Assembly (NCBI GenBank): GCA_965222375.1 | Contig: CBDCTZ010000016.1 | Location: 128,001 to 192,000 of the forward strand | Direction of reading: 5' to 3' | Length of the DNA: 64,000 nt | From: Polyangiaceae bacterium | GTDB lineage: Bacteria; Myxococcota_A; Polyangia; Polyangiales; Polyangiaceae | Shown: positions 19,086-28,917 of the stretch, piece after piece | How positions within the stretch are numbered: position 1 is the first letter of the stretch | Layout: the number at the start of each line of letters is the position of its first letter | Notes under the pieces: generated by a model | The model's input: only the letters and a program-made list of their open reading frames with translations | What the model was told of the DNA's origin: nothing | Databases searched by the model: none | Position numbers and translations under genes: made by a program

Positions 19086-19919
19086 TCAGCTGGAAACGCA
19101 GGCTGCTTTGCAGTCAGTAGTTGGCGGGATCAAACCCGCGGCGAGCGCGCAGCCACAGGTTTCGAGGCACTCGTCTATGCCCGCGACCTGACTGGGACAG
19201 CCAGCGCATTGGTCCGCAGGAGTGCACGGTTGAATCGGAACCTCCACGATGCCGCCAGGGGCAGGCAGGGTGAAGTCGACCTCCACCGGGTGCGACACGT
19301 TGCCGATCTGCGCGTCCTGCTCAGACGCGTAGACGTTGACCTTGAGCCGATACTTGCCCGCGGGCGCGACGTGCTTGTTGTGACAGTCGCAGCCCTGCTT
19401 GGTCTGTTCGAAGGTATATTCGTAACCAGCCCAGTCACCATCGAGCGGCGCACCGGACGTGACTTGTTTGGCGCTCTGCGCGCAGGCACCGCAGGCGATG
19501 CAGCCGCCGGTGTCGGCTTCTTTGCAGTCGACGGTGCAGTCGCCGTTGCGTACCAGCGAGCCGGCGTATCCGTCGGCACACGACGAAACCGTGTATTGCA
19601 GCCGGCAATCCTCTCGAACGTAAAAGGGCTTGAAGGAAGAGTTCGTGAACCGGAACTTGACGGCATACGGACCGGGGCCAGGCGAGGGAACCTGACACGC
19701 CGGCGGCATGCCTCCGGTTCCAGCGGAACCGCCCACGCTGCCGCCGGTACCGCCAGTAGTGCCCGCAGTTCCTCCCGTGCTTCCGCCAGAGCCGCCCGTC
19801 GCGCCGCCGCTGCCCGCATTGCCCCCGCTGCCGTCACCCGAGGTGCTGCCCCCGCAAGCTAGCGGAGCCGACGCCAGAACAACGGCCAGGGTGCCAAGGA
19901 CGCGTGGGAAATGTGCCAT
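19086..19919 (-). CDS. Gly-linker, Cys-rich lipoprotein
   Basis: PLAC-GG lipobox; Gly/Ser linker; Cys-rich domain. Confidence 0.8.
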   Translation of the reverse strand: MAHFPRVLGTLAVVLASAPLACGGSTSGDGSGGNAGSGGATGGSGGSTGGTAGTTGGTGGSVGGSAGTGGMPPACQVPSPGPGPYAVKFRFTNSSFKPFYVREDCRLQYTVSSCADGYAGSLVRNGDCTVDCKEADTGGCIACGACAQSAKQVTSGAPLDGDWAGYEYTFEQTKQGCDCHNKHVAPAGKYRLKVNVYASEQDAQIGNVSHPVEVDFTLPAPGGIVEVPIQPCTPADQCAGCPSQVAGIDECLETCGCALAAGLIPPTTDCKAACVSS

Positions 19920-19932
19920 AGCGTAGGTAATC

Positions 19933-19946
19933 GCAACTCTCGTGCC
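19933..19946 (-). promoter_or_regulatory. Sigma54 -24/-12 promoter
   Basis: Minus strand GGCACGAGAGTTGC (GG-N10-GC) about 13 nt upstream of ATG 19919. Confidence 0.7.
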
Positions 19947-20087
19947 GCCGACTCACGAGGGCAGAAACCGGCTTTTCACGGGAATTAGCGGTCCGGGGCG
20001 TGGCACGCTGGCACAGCCGCCCCGGACAGCGGTGTCGCCACGCTTGATTCCCGCCGCGGCTCCGCCCACCATCGCTGACGCTTCGCC

Positions 20088-21482
20088 ATGGGCGCGCGCA
20101 TCCTAGTCGTCGACGACAGCCCCACCATTCGAAAGGTGGTGACGTCCATCCTCGAAGCGAGTTCTTTCGAGACGATCGCGGCCGAAGATGGTCAGGACGC
20201 TCTGGAAAAGCTGCAGAACGGCACCACCGTCGACCTGGTGCTTCTGGACTTCGTGATGCCGCGCATGAACGGCTACCAGTTCTGCCGTGAGCTGCGAAAC
20301 GATCCCGACCGCCGCCATCTGCCCGTCGTGCTGATGAGCGCGAAAGGCGACAAGATCCGTGGACAGTTCGTACAGCAGACGGGCGCCATCGACGCCATCA
20401 CGAAACCCTTCGATGCGCGGGGTTTGGTCGCAGTCGTCGAAGGAGCCCTGGCGCGCAAGGAAGAAGGGCGAGCTCGTCCGGTGCCGGACGGCGACACGAT
20501 GCCCGACGAGGAAACCGTCGCCGAGAGCCTGGCGCCGAGTTCTCTCGTCCCGAGTGAAGATCCGCACATCCGCCGAGCGGCAACGGCGCGGGAGTTTGCG
20601 GCAGCACTTGCGCGCCTGGTCGCATCGGAGTTGCGCAAACTGCCCGGCACCTCGGAGCTACGGGACGACCAGCTGGAAACGACTTTTCAGCGCGGCATCA
20701 CGCCTGAGAACTTGGGGCAGCTGTCAGCGCTGCTGAGAACCCTGGACTTCGGCGCCAGCACCCAGGAGGTGCTCGCAGGCGACATCAGCGTCATCTCCAT
20801 CGCGGAAATCCTGCAGCTGCTCCATCTTCAGCGCCAAACGGGCGCCTTGGTCGTGTCCAACCGCAAGTCAGAAATCACCCTATTCGTCCGCGAGGGCAAC
20901 ATAGACCTGGCGGCCTCCCGCGGCGTGCGGGACGAGTTCCTCTTGGGGCGCTACCTGCTCGAGTCCGCTGCGGTCACCAAGGAAGACTTGGAGACGATGT
21001 TGGCCGAGGGAACCCAAACCCGCCCGCTTGGTGAACGCTTGATCGAGGTCGGGCTAGTCGAAAAAGAAGCTGTGGAGCTCGCCCTGACTCGGCAAACCTC
21101 GGAGCTCGTGTACGAAGTAGTGCGCTGGAAGACCGGACGTTTCACCTTCACGGTCGGCCTGCCGCCGGAGGTTCAGGTCACTCGCTTGGGACTTTCCACG
21201 GGAGCGCTGGTGATGGAAGGCTTCCGGCGCGTGGACGAGTGGCGCATGATCGAAGGCACCTTCGACTTCGACGAAGTCCTGGTCAAAGACATGGTCGCCC
21301 TGGAAAGTTTGGGCGAAGACGCACAGCTGACCGACAAAGAGAGAACCGTACTCGAGGCCATCGACGGCGACCGCACGGTTCGAGAAATCGTCGAAGAGCG
21401 TGCCGGGAGTTCCTTCGAGGTCTGCAAGATCCTGTACCAGCTGATCAACTCGCGCTTGGTGCGCCGGAAAGGCCAAGCGTGA
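20088..21482 (+). CDS. Response regulator with DUF4388-like domain
   Basis: ILVVDDS...LLDFVMPRMNGY...KPF receiver; GDISVISIAEILQLL...TGAL; W.TGRFTF; LVMEGFRRVDEW. Confidence 0.9.
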   Translation: MGARILVVDDSPTIRKVVTSILEASSFETIAAEDGQDALEKLQNGTTVDLVLLDFVMPRMNGYQFCRELRNDPDRRHLPVVLMSAKGDKIRGQFVQQTGAIDAITKPFDARGLVAVVEGALARKEEGRARPVPDGDTMPDEETVAESLAPSSLVPSEDPHIRRAATAREFAAALARLVASELRKLPGTSELRDDQLETTFQRGITPENLGQLSALLRTLDFGASTQEVLAGDISVISIAEILQLLHLQRQTGALVVSNRKSEITLFVREGNIDLAASRGVRDEFLLGRYLLESAAVTKEDLETMLAEGTQTRPLGERLIEVGLVEKEAVELALTRQTSELVYEVVRWKTGRFTFTVGLPPEVQVTRLGLSTGALVMEGFRRVDEWRMIEGTFDFDEVLVKDMVALESLGEDAQLTDKERTVLEAIDGDRTVREIVEERAGSSFEVCKILYQLINSRLVRRKGQA

Positions 21483-21841
21483 CGCGCCGCGCGGCGGTCG
21501 TGTTCCAGACCGATGGCCGGCTGCAATACCTGCCGGCGGAGGTGGTGCGCCGAATCATCAACCGGCCTGTGATAAGCCCGGTGCCTGCATCCGAGCTGGG
21601 CCTGTCCTTTGTGCAGGGGCGAGTCGCTGCCACGGTCGAGTTGGGCAGCGGGCCCCACGCTCTGGTTTGCGAACATGCGACGGACACCGTGACCCTCAGC
21701 GGCGTCATCGTGCAGCAAGTTGGCTTCTTCGATATCGAAGCCGACTGCTTGCTGTGGCAGGGCGATCGCGTCCAGGGCTTGGACGTGGCCAGCTGCCTGA
21801 CCGCGGCGCTGAATTCGAGGACCTCCGGGGCCGCTGAATGA
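21479..21841 (+). CDS. Degenerate CheW-like protein
   Basis: GTG overlaps the upstream stop; YLPAEVVRRI...ISPVP...GLSFVQGRV pattern; chemosensory context. Confidence 0.6.
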   Translation: MTRRAAVVFQTDGRLQYLPAEVVRRIINRPVISPVPASELGLSFVQGRVAATVELGSGPHALVCEHATDTVTLSGVIVQQVGFFDIEADCLLWQGDRVQGLDVASCLTAALNSRTSGAAE

Positions 21842-22614
21842 GCCTGCTAGGGCTGATCGCAGAGCGCATCAGAGGCAGTGCGCAGCCGCTGGCGTCTTCG
21901 CGATCGCCGCTGGACGACGCGGTGATGCTTCGCTCTCAGCAGTCGGCCGTGAGAGCGAATCAAAGTGCGTCCAGCGCTTGTCAGGAGCTTGGCGCTACCC
22001 TGGCGGAGCAGCGATCCCAACTGGATTCCGCCGGGGACAAGAGTCGGCTGATGATCGCGCGGGGTCAGGATACCCGAGCAACCATGCGTCGCACCCGAGA
22101 CGCCCTCGAACGCGCCAAGCTTGTCGCATTGAACACGGGCCTCGATGGAGCACGGCAGGGCGAAGCACGCGGCCGCGCCATGGTGCTCGTGGCTGAAGAG
22201 CTGACGGAGGTCGTTCGTGGTGGCCTCGCGGCCCTTGACGAGTTGGAACAGCTTTTCGGCGAGCTCGAGAGCGAAAGAGACCAACTCTCGCGCGACATCG
22301 ACGCGGCGCGCAGCAAGGGCAGCGAGCTTTCTCAAGGGCTTTTGCGCGCACAAGCGGCGCTGCGCACGAGCGAGGAAGCTGTCGCGCGCTTCGGCAGGTT
22401 GCTCGGCGAGACCACCGGAGGAGACGAAGACAGCGCGCGGCTGCTGGCGGAAGTGGCTGAGCACGCGCGGGGGCTCGTCACGGCGCTATCGGATCTGTCC
22501 ACCCGCTCGCGAAAAAGCTTCGTCTGGCGCGCGCTGCGGCCCACCCTGGCGCCGCTGCTCAGGCTGCTGCGCGACCTGGAGGCGCGGACGCAGAGCGGCG
22601 AGGACGCCCCGTGA
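21838..22614 (+). CDS. Soluble, degenerate MCP signalling-domain protein
   Basis: KLVALNTGLDGARQGEARGRAMVLVAEEL resembles the MCP hairpin tip; no TM helices. Confidence 0.75.
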   Translation: MSLLGLIAERIRGSAQPLASSRSPLDDAVMLRSQQSAVRANQSASSACQELGATLAEQRSQLDSAGDKSRLMIARGQDTRATMRRTRDALERAKLVALNTGLDGARQGEARGRAMVLVAEELTEVVRGGLAALDELEQLFGELESERDQLSRDIDAARSKGSELSQGLLRAQAALRTSEEAVARFGRLLGETTGGDEDSARLLAEVAEHARGLVTALSDLSTRSRKSFVWRALRPTLAPLLRLLRDLEARTQSGEDAP

Positions 22615-24563
22615 CCCGAGAGGTGGACGCACTGCTCGCGGTCGAAATCGAGCGGCGCGTCACGCTCCTAGAAGCCGACGCAGGCGCCGCAAACGCCCGC
22701 AAGGTCTTACACGCCGTCCGCGGTTCGGCCGCTCTGGCGGGTCATGCAGAACTCTCCTTGGTGCTCGCTCACCTCGGTGCCCGACTGCGTGCCGGCGAGG
22801 AAGACGCCATCGCGACCGCCAAAACGGTGTTGGAAACGGCAGCCCAACGCTTGCGCGATGGGAAGGCGCCGATGGCCTCCGCCTGGCCCAGGCTGCCGGT
22901 CGGGCTCGGACCCCGCTTGGCTCAGGACAGCGGGGATGCGGACTACCACACGGCGATTCGAGATCGCCTCGCGGAACTCGAAACCGCCATCGCCAACGAC
23001 GACCCTCGAATGGCCTTGCGGGACGCTTATCGCATCGTGCACTCGATCAAGGGCGCCGCTGGAGCCGTGCACGACGACCTGCTCGCGTGGTACTGTCATG
23101 GGCTCGAAGCTTCCCTGAAAGGCGTGCCCGAAGACCAACTCGCAGCCACCCTGGAGGAGCTGCAGAAGCACCGTGGCGCGCTGGCGCTGATCTTCGAAGA
23201 CCCTGAACAAGCCTTGCGAACGCTGGGCGCGGATACGGTGTCGCCCCCTGCCTCTACGGCTACGCCCCGGAGCGCGTCAGAGTTGCCAGCAGCGGACGGA
23301 GCGGCGCTGCACATCGGGTCCCGCACTATCGACCGCTGGCTCGAGCGGCTGGAGCAGCTCTACGTTTTGGAGGAGACCCTGGGGTCATTGGCCGAGTCCG
23401 CCCGAGGGTCGGCAGACGTGCTGCGGACCTACCGCGCGAGTCTGCTGGAGGCGTTGCGCCAAATCGGCCCACCTCGGCCCTGGGGTGCCCCGGCCGCTGC
23501 GATCGTGCGTATCGAACGCGTGGCGCGCTCCTTGGCGAACATCGCAGACGGAGCGGAGCGCTCGCGCGGGGTCCTGCGCTACAACGCGGACGCAATTGGG
23601 CGCAGATATATGGAGCTCCGCGAAGAGTTGTCCCAACTCCGACGAACCACGGTGCTGGAGTTGCTCAATCGAGTTGCACGCGCCGCGGAACGCACGGTGG
23701 CTCGCGAAGCGCGTCTGGTCCGCGTGGAGATCACCGCGGAGGATGCACCCCTAGATCGCGGCATCGCGGAACGCCTTTTCGACCCGTTGCTTCAGCTGGT
23801 GCGCAACGCCGTGGCTCATGGCATCGAACCCCCACCGGAACGTGCGGAACGCGGGAAACCACCTGTGGGCACCATTACCCTCGGGGCGGAGCCGGCTGCG
23901 GATTGGCTTCGCATCACGGTGCGAGACGACGGGCGCGGCGTGGACTTCGCGGCGGTTCGCAAGATGGCCATCGAACGCCAACTGCTACCCGAGGACGTGG
24001 CCCAGTCGGCGTCGGATGCGGAACTGCTCGGCCTACTCGCCGAACCCGGCCTATCTCTTGCGCCGAGCGCAAGCATGCTCGCGGGGCGGGGCATCGGGCT
24101 GGACGTTGCCCGCGGGACGATCCAGAGCCTGGGTGGATCTCTCCGCTTCCGCAGCCGGCCCGGCAGCGGCGTGACTGCGAGCATCGAGGTGCCGAGGGAT
24201 CGCGCGATGGTCGACATCGTTTGGCTCCAATCCGGCAGCGTCGAACTCGCACTGCCACTCCGCTTCATCGAAGGCGTGACCCACGTGGACCACGCCGCCA
24301 AGGTTCGTTCACTGGCCCAATGTGTGGATGCGAAGGAGAGCGGGGGCGCGAAGCTCAGTGTCACATTGGTGCGATTCCCCGATGACAGCTGCGCCCTCGG
24401 CGTCGACCGCGTCGGTCAAACCGAATCCACGCGGCTCTTCCCCTTGCCTCAGGCCCTGACGCGAGCTGGGCCCTACAGCGGCAGTGTGCTGCGACGTGAC
24501 GGCCGCTTGGGTCTGGTTCTCGACGCCCAAGCACTCGCAGCACGGCTGGGCGCGGACGCCTGA
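22611..24563 (+). CDS. CheA-like histidine kinase
   Basis: Two Hpt-like motifs (LHAVRGSA, VHSIKGAA); LVRNAVAHGIE, DDGRG and GRGIGLDV; C-terminal CheW-like domain. Confidence 0.88.
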   Translation: MTREVDALLAVEIERRVTLLEADAGAANARKVLHAVRGSAALAGHAELSLVLAHLGARLRAGEEDAIATAKTVLETAAQRLRDGKAPMASAWPRLPVGLGPRLAQDSGDADYHTAIRDRLAELETAIANDDPRMALRDAYRIVHSIKGAAGAVHDDLLAWYCHGLEASLKGVPEDQLAATLEELQKHRGALALIFEDPEQALRTLGADTVSPPASTATPRSASELPAADGAALHIGSRTIDRWLERLEQLYVLEETLGSLAESARGSADVLRTYRASLLEALRQIGPPRPWGAPAAAIVRIERVARSLANIADGAERSRGVLRYNADAIGRRYMELREELSQLRRTTVLELLNRVARAAERTVAREARLVRVEITAEDAPLDRGIAERLFDPLLQLVRNAVAHGIEPPPERAERGKPPVGTITLGAEPAADWLRITVRDDGRGVDFAAVRKMAIERQLLPEDVAQSASDAELLGLLAEPGLSLAPSASMLAGRGIGLDVARGTIQSLGGSLRFRSRPGSGVTASIEVPRDRAMVDIVWLQSGSVELALPLRFIEGVTHVDHAAKVRSLAQCVDAKESGGAKLSVTLVRFPDDSCALGVDRVGQTESTRLFPLPQALTRAGPYSGSVLRRDGRLGLVLDAQALAARLGADA

Positions 24564-24613
24564 ACCGACTATCCCTTGCAGCGCGGGCGCGGCAGCAAGA
24601 ACATCGCGCTCGG

Positions 24614-25102
24614 ATGCAGGTCGAAGCGTTCAAGTCAGCTGACCGAGACCGCGTGATGGCCGTCGCTAGCAGCGGCGAGCAAGCGCTCGACATAGATGCG
24701 GAGCTTGCCCGAGGCTGGGCCAAGCTGTGGGTGGCTCGAGAAGCCGAGGCTGGGCCGGCCATCGCATTCCTGCTTGCCTGGAACGTGGCGGACGAGTTGC
24801 ACATCATCAACTTGGCCACGCATCCAGATCATCGTCGAAAGGGCGCCGCCAAGGCGCTGCTTTTGGTTGCGCTGGATCATGCTCGCAGCGATCGTGCGCG
24901 ACTCGTGTTACTGGAGGTCCGCCGTTCGAACCGCTCAGCGCTGGAGCTGTACCGATCCCATGGCTTCTCCGCGATCGGGTTTCGACGCGGCTACTACTCC
25001 GAGAATGCCGAGGACGCCGTCGAGATGATGCTTGCTTTTGATCCGCACACTGGGTTGATCATACCTGGGCGCGACGAAATCCAACTGCCGAGGGGGAGCT
25101 GA
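24614..25102 (+). CDS. rimI: Ribosomal protein S18 alanine N-acetyltransferase
   Basis: DELHIINLATHPDHRRKG, LEVRRSN and RRGYY...EDAVEM. Confidence 0.88.
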   Translation: MQVEAFKSADRDRVMAVASSGEQALDIDAELARGWAKLWVAREAEAGPAIAFLLAWNVADELHIINLATHPDHRRKGAAKALLLVALDHARSDRARLVLLEVRRSNRSALELYRSHGFSAIGFRRGYYSENAEDAVEMMLAFDPHTGLIIPGRDEIQLPRGS

Positions 25103-25902
25103 TGTCGGGCGCAGAGACGCCGCGTCAACTCACTGTCATGCCGCTGCTGCGGCGTGAAAGCATCGGCGACGCCTATCACGTGCTGACCTTCGAAGCCCCG
25201 AAGCCCGTACAGGCGGCCGCGGGCCAATTCGTCATGATGCGTGGGGCAGAATGGGGCGACGCGCCGCTGTTGCCTCGGCCCATGAGCTACCTGACTGCTG
25301 GTGCCACGCCGTCCATTCTGATCAAAGTGGTCGGCGAAGGCACGATACGCATGGCCCGGGCGGAACCCGGTGAACCCTTTACCCTGCTCGGCCCCTTGGG
25401 CGTGCCCTGGCGCAAACACACGCCAGATCGCACGCCGGTGCTCGTGGCGGGCGGCGTGGGAGTCGCGCCCTTGGTCTTCTTGGCGCAGCGACTGCGCGCA
25501 GAAGGCGTCAAACCCATCGCCATCTATGGCGGGCGAAGCCACAAGGACCTGCCCTTGGATGATCTGCTCGCGGAGATCTGCGACTTGCGCATCACGACCG
25601 AGGATGGTTCCCGTGGACGCAAGGGGCGGGTGACCGAGGAGTTGAAGGAGTTGCTCTCCTCAGGCCACGAGGTGTTCACCTGCGGGCCGGACCGAATGAT
25701 GGCGGCGGTGGCAGAAATCTGCGCCAAGCACGACATCCCCTGCGAAGTGTCCCTCGAGACACCCATGGCCTGCGGCTACGGAGTGTGCCTCGGGTGCCCG
25801 GTCCCGACCCGTGAAGGGGGCTACCTCTACGCCTGCACCCAGGGCCCGTGCATGGACGCACGACGGGTCAACTGGAGCGGAGCACCAGGAGCACAGTCAT
25901 GA
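25102..25902 (+). CDS. pyrK: Dihydroorotate dehydrogenase B electron transfer subunit
   Basis: GQFVM, RPMS, AGGVGVAP, CGP and MACGYGVCLGC...C 2Fe-2S motif. Confidence 0.93.
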   Translation: MSGAETPRQLTVMPLLRRESIGDAYHVLTFEAPKPVQAAAGQFVMMRGAEWGDAPLLPRPMSYLTAGATPSILIKVVGEGTIRMARAEPGEPFTLLGPLGVPWRKHTPDRTPVLVAGGVGVAPLVFLAQRLRAEGVKPIAIYGGRSHKDLPLDDLLAEICDLRITTEDGSRGRKGRVTEELKELLSSGHEVFTCGPDRMMAAVAEICAKHDIPCEVSLETPMACGYGVCLGCPVPTREGGYLYACTQGPCMDARRVNWSGAPGAQS

Positions 25903-26804
25903 GCCGCCTAGGGATTCAAGTTGGCAACCTGAAGCTGAAGAACCCGGTTCTCACCGCTTCCGGGACCTTCGGATACGGGCTCGAGTACGACGATTTCTTC
26001 GATGTGACTGAGCTCGGCGGAATCTGCACCAAAGGACTGAGCCTGCGCCCCCGAGCGGGCAACCCACCGGAACGGATCTGTGAAACACCCGCGGGCATGC
26101 TCAACGCCATCGGCCTGGCGAATGTGGGAGTCGAGGCTTTCTGTACGGAGAAGCTGCCAGAGCTCAGGCGTCGCGGCGTTACCGTCGTCGCGAACATTTT
26201 TGCCAGCACGATAGATGACTTCGTGGCCATTGCTCAGCGCCTCGAGCAAGAAGAAGGCGTGGCTGCCATCGAGCTGAACGTGTCCTGCCCGAACGTGACC
26301 CACGGCGGCCTCGAGTTCGGCAAAGACCCGCGCTTGAGCGCCGAGGTGACGAGGGCCGTCCGCAAAGTCACGAAGGGACCGCTCTGGGTCAAGATGAGTC
26401 CGGAAGCTGGAGATCTCGCAGCCGTCGCTCGCGCTTGCGAAGAAGCCGGAGCCGATGCGCTGACCGCCATCAACACGATTCGAGGCATGTCCATCGACGT
26501 GTCGACGGCCAAGCAGCGGCTAGCCAATCGTACCGGTGGTTTCAGCGGGCCCGCGCTACGACCGGTAGCGTTACGGATCGTTTGGGACTTGGTAGACGCG
26601 GTCAAGGTCCCGATCATCGGCATCGGCGGCATCGGGACGACCCGGGATGCCCTGGAGTTCCTGATGGCCGGCGCTCACGCGATTCAGGTCGGAACCGCCA
26701 GTTTTTCGGACCCTTGTGCCGCCAAGAAGGTCCTCGATGGCCTGGCGCAGTACTGCGAGACTGAAAACACCACCATCCCCGAGCTCATCGGGCGCGCTCG
26801 TTGA
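25899..26804 (+). CDS. pyrD: Dihydroorotate dehydrogenase class 1B catalytic subunit
   Basis: KNPVLTASGTFGYG, GMLNAIGLAN, ELNVSCPN, AINT and GGFSGPA. Confidence 0.95.
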   Translation: MSRLGIQVGNLKLKNPVLTASGTFGYGLEYDDFFDVTELGGICTKGLSLRPRAGNPPERICETPAGMLNAIGLANVGVEAFCTEKLPELRRRGVTVVANIFASTIDDFVAIAQRLEQEEGVAAIELNVSCPNVTHGGLEFGKDPRLSAEVTRAVRKVTKGPLWVKMSPEAGDLAAVARACEEAGADALTAINTIRGMSIDVSTAKQRLANRTGGFSGPALRPVALRIVWDLVDAVKVPIIGIGGIGTTRDALEFLMAGAHAIQVGTASFSDPCAAKKVLDGLAQYCETENTTIPELIGRAR

Positions 26805-26856
26805 CAACCGGGCCAAACGTCGACCGGGCTGGAGATCTCTGATAAACGCCCTGCCC

Positions 26857-27618
26857 ATGGCCACCCCCGCGGCTTTGCCCCCACGTGTTTCCCGCGAAGA
26901 GCAAGCGCGCTTACTCGGCGCTGTCCTCGAGCGCGTTCGAGCCACTGACGGCGCCCGCGCGCCGGTAGCGGTTTTCGACCTTGACGGCACCTTGGTGGAC
27001 AACCGGCCGCGGACCAGTGTCATCATGCACGAGCTCGCTGAGAAGTGGAGCACGTCACATCCCCGAGAAGCGGAGCTCCTGCGCAGCATTCGATACGAGA
27101 ACCTCGACTACCTACTCGAAGGAAACCTGCGCGCAGTTGGCGTCACAGATGACACCCTGATCGCAGAAGCAATCGAGTACTGGCGCTCTCGCTTCTTCTT
27201 CGACGACTGCATGCGCCACGACATCGCTCTGCAGGGCGCACTATCCTTCGTGCGGGCTTGTCATGACGCTGGCGCCATCGTGGCCTACTTCACCGGACGG
27301 GACCTGCCGAATATGGCGCTCGGAACCCTGGCGAGTTTGCGGGATCTCGGCTTCCCAATCGGAGTGCCGGGCACCGAGCTGGTGCTCAAGCCGAACGCGG
27401 AAATGAGCGACGCCGAGTTCAAACGTGATCTCACCCCCAAGCTGGGGCGGCGCGGGGTTCTGACTGCAGCCTTCGACAACGAGCCCGGAAACTGCAACAT
27501 CTTCAAGGAGCTCTTCCCGACTACGGACGTGTTCCTCGTGCACACGCAGCATCACCCGGACGCGCCCCCGCTAGCTCCTGACATCCAGGTCATTTCGGAT
27601 TTCGAGACAGGGGCTTGA
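26857..27618 (+). CDS. HAD-superfamily hydrolase
   Basis: VFDLDGT, FTGR, K and FDNE motifs. Confidence 0.85.
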   Translation: MATPAALPPRVSREEQARLLGAVLERVRATDGARAPVAVFDLDGTLVDNRPRTSVIMHELAEKWSTSHPREAELLRSIRYENLDYLLEGNLRAVGVTDDTLIAEAIEYWRSRFFFDDCMRHDIALQGALSFVRACHDAGAIVAYFTGRDLPNMALGTLASLRDLGFPIGVPGTELVLKPNAEMSDAEFKRDLTPKLGRRGVLTAAFDNEPGNCNIFKELFPTTDVFLVHTQHHPDAPPLAPDIQVISDFETGA

Positions 27619-28916
27619 TGACGACTGCAACCTCCAGGATGACGGCACTGTGGGCAGCCACGCTGGCCCTGGCCGTCACCGCGGGTTGTCGCGAGAAGAA
27701 GACGGTTGAGGCGAAAGAGGATCAGCCGAGCCCCAACGCCAGCATCCTACCGGCCCCGATCACGTCCGGGGGTCAGCCGAGCAAACCCAAAGTCGACGCT
27801 GGCCGAGGTGGCATTCCCGCCGACAGCGCTGGCCGGCTGATCATCCCGGAGGCCGCACCACCGGTGCCTACCGTGTTGATCGACAACCGCGCCCTCGAGG
27901 CGGACCCGATCACCCAACGGGAGGGCCCCGGCGTGACGCTTCAAGCGGTCTTTCGCTGGCATGACGTTCCGCCCCCGGTTGCTGGCCCCGAGGTAGCCGA
28001 GGCTGGGTTGAAAAAGGCCCGAGAGCTGACCCAGCTGCGCGTCACCATCGACTTGGCGCCCATCGGGCGAATGCGCTTCGCGTTCTCGTCTGCCGCCTTT
28101 CCGGTTCCCAAGAACGCAGAGCTGCGAGCTTCTGAGCAGCACTACGGCCACGTATTGGTATGGCCCGACGGCCATGCCTATCGCGTGCTCGTTCCCGGCA
28201 CCCTGCGCGCTCTATTCGGCGAGCGGCGCGCGGATGCAACCCCGATGGCGGCGGGCACGGTGCGGCCGGCGGGCAAGAGCGGGCTCCTCGGTTTGGATAC
28301 CAAGAAGAGCCGCGTGAAGAGCGAATCCGGAGCTCTGATGCTCGAGCAAGCGCGCATCGCCGGAATCGGCACGAGCGGTCGCTTGTTGTGTCGCTTGCTT
28401 TTGGAACTCATTGCCGTGGAACCCATGAACGGGGTCTGCAGCGACAGCACGCCGCTGCGCGCAGAGGTGAAGACCTCGGATGGCGGCAAGCTCGGGTTCG
28501 AGGTGAAGAGCCTGGTGCGCCGTCATGACCTGCCCTACGGCCTGCTGCTCGTTCCTCCGAGCGGAACTCTGGTCAAGCCTGGAGAGCTTCCGCCGCCAGC
28601 CGCGGGGGTTTTGCTGACCCGGGGGCAACTCGCGGAGTTTCGCAGCAAGCCGGCGCCAGCTGGCAAACCCCTTCCGGACGCGCCGGGCGAAGGCCTGATC
28701 GCTGTGAATCAAACCGACACCCTGCGCTATGTACTGATTGATGGGGTGCCCGTGGCCTGGGTTCGCCCCCGCTCTGAGCAGTTCCTGATTGGCACTCAGC
28801 CCGGCCGATACAACATCGCATGGCGCGACTTCTATGGCGCGTCCACGGAGCCCGTTCGCGCGGTGAACCTGCCAGCTCGAGTGGCGATCGGCGACAAACC
28901 CGATGGGGGAACGTGA
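27615..28916 (+). CDS. Hypothetical lipoprotein
   Basis: VTAGC lipobox; overlaps the HAD stop codon. Confidence 0.7.
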   Translation: MMTTATSRMTALWAATLALAVTAGCREKKTVEAKEDQPSPNASILPAPITSGGQPSKPKVDAGRGGIPADSAGRLIIPEAAPPVPTVLIDNRALEADPITQREGPGVTLQAVFRWHDVPPPVAGPEVAEAGLKKARELTQLRVTIDLAPIGRMRFAFSSAAFPVPKNAELRASEQHYGHVLVWPDGHAYRVLVPGTLRALFGERRADATPMAAGTVRPAGKSGLLGLDTKKSRVKSESGALMLEQARIAGIGTSGRLLCRLLLELIAVEPMNGVCSDSTPLRAEVKTSDGGKLGFEVKSLVRRHDLPYGLLLVPPSGTLVKPGELPPPAAGVLLTRGQLAEFRSKPAPAGKPLPDAPGEGLIAVNQTDTLRYVLIDGVPVAWVRPRSEQFLIGTQPGRYNIAWRDFYGASTEPVRAVNLPARVAIGDKPDGGT

Positions 28917-28917
28917 G

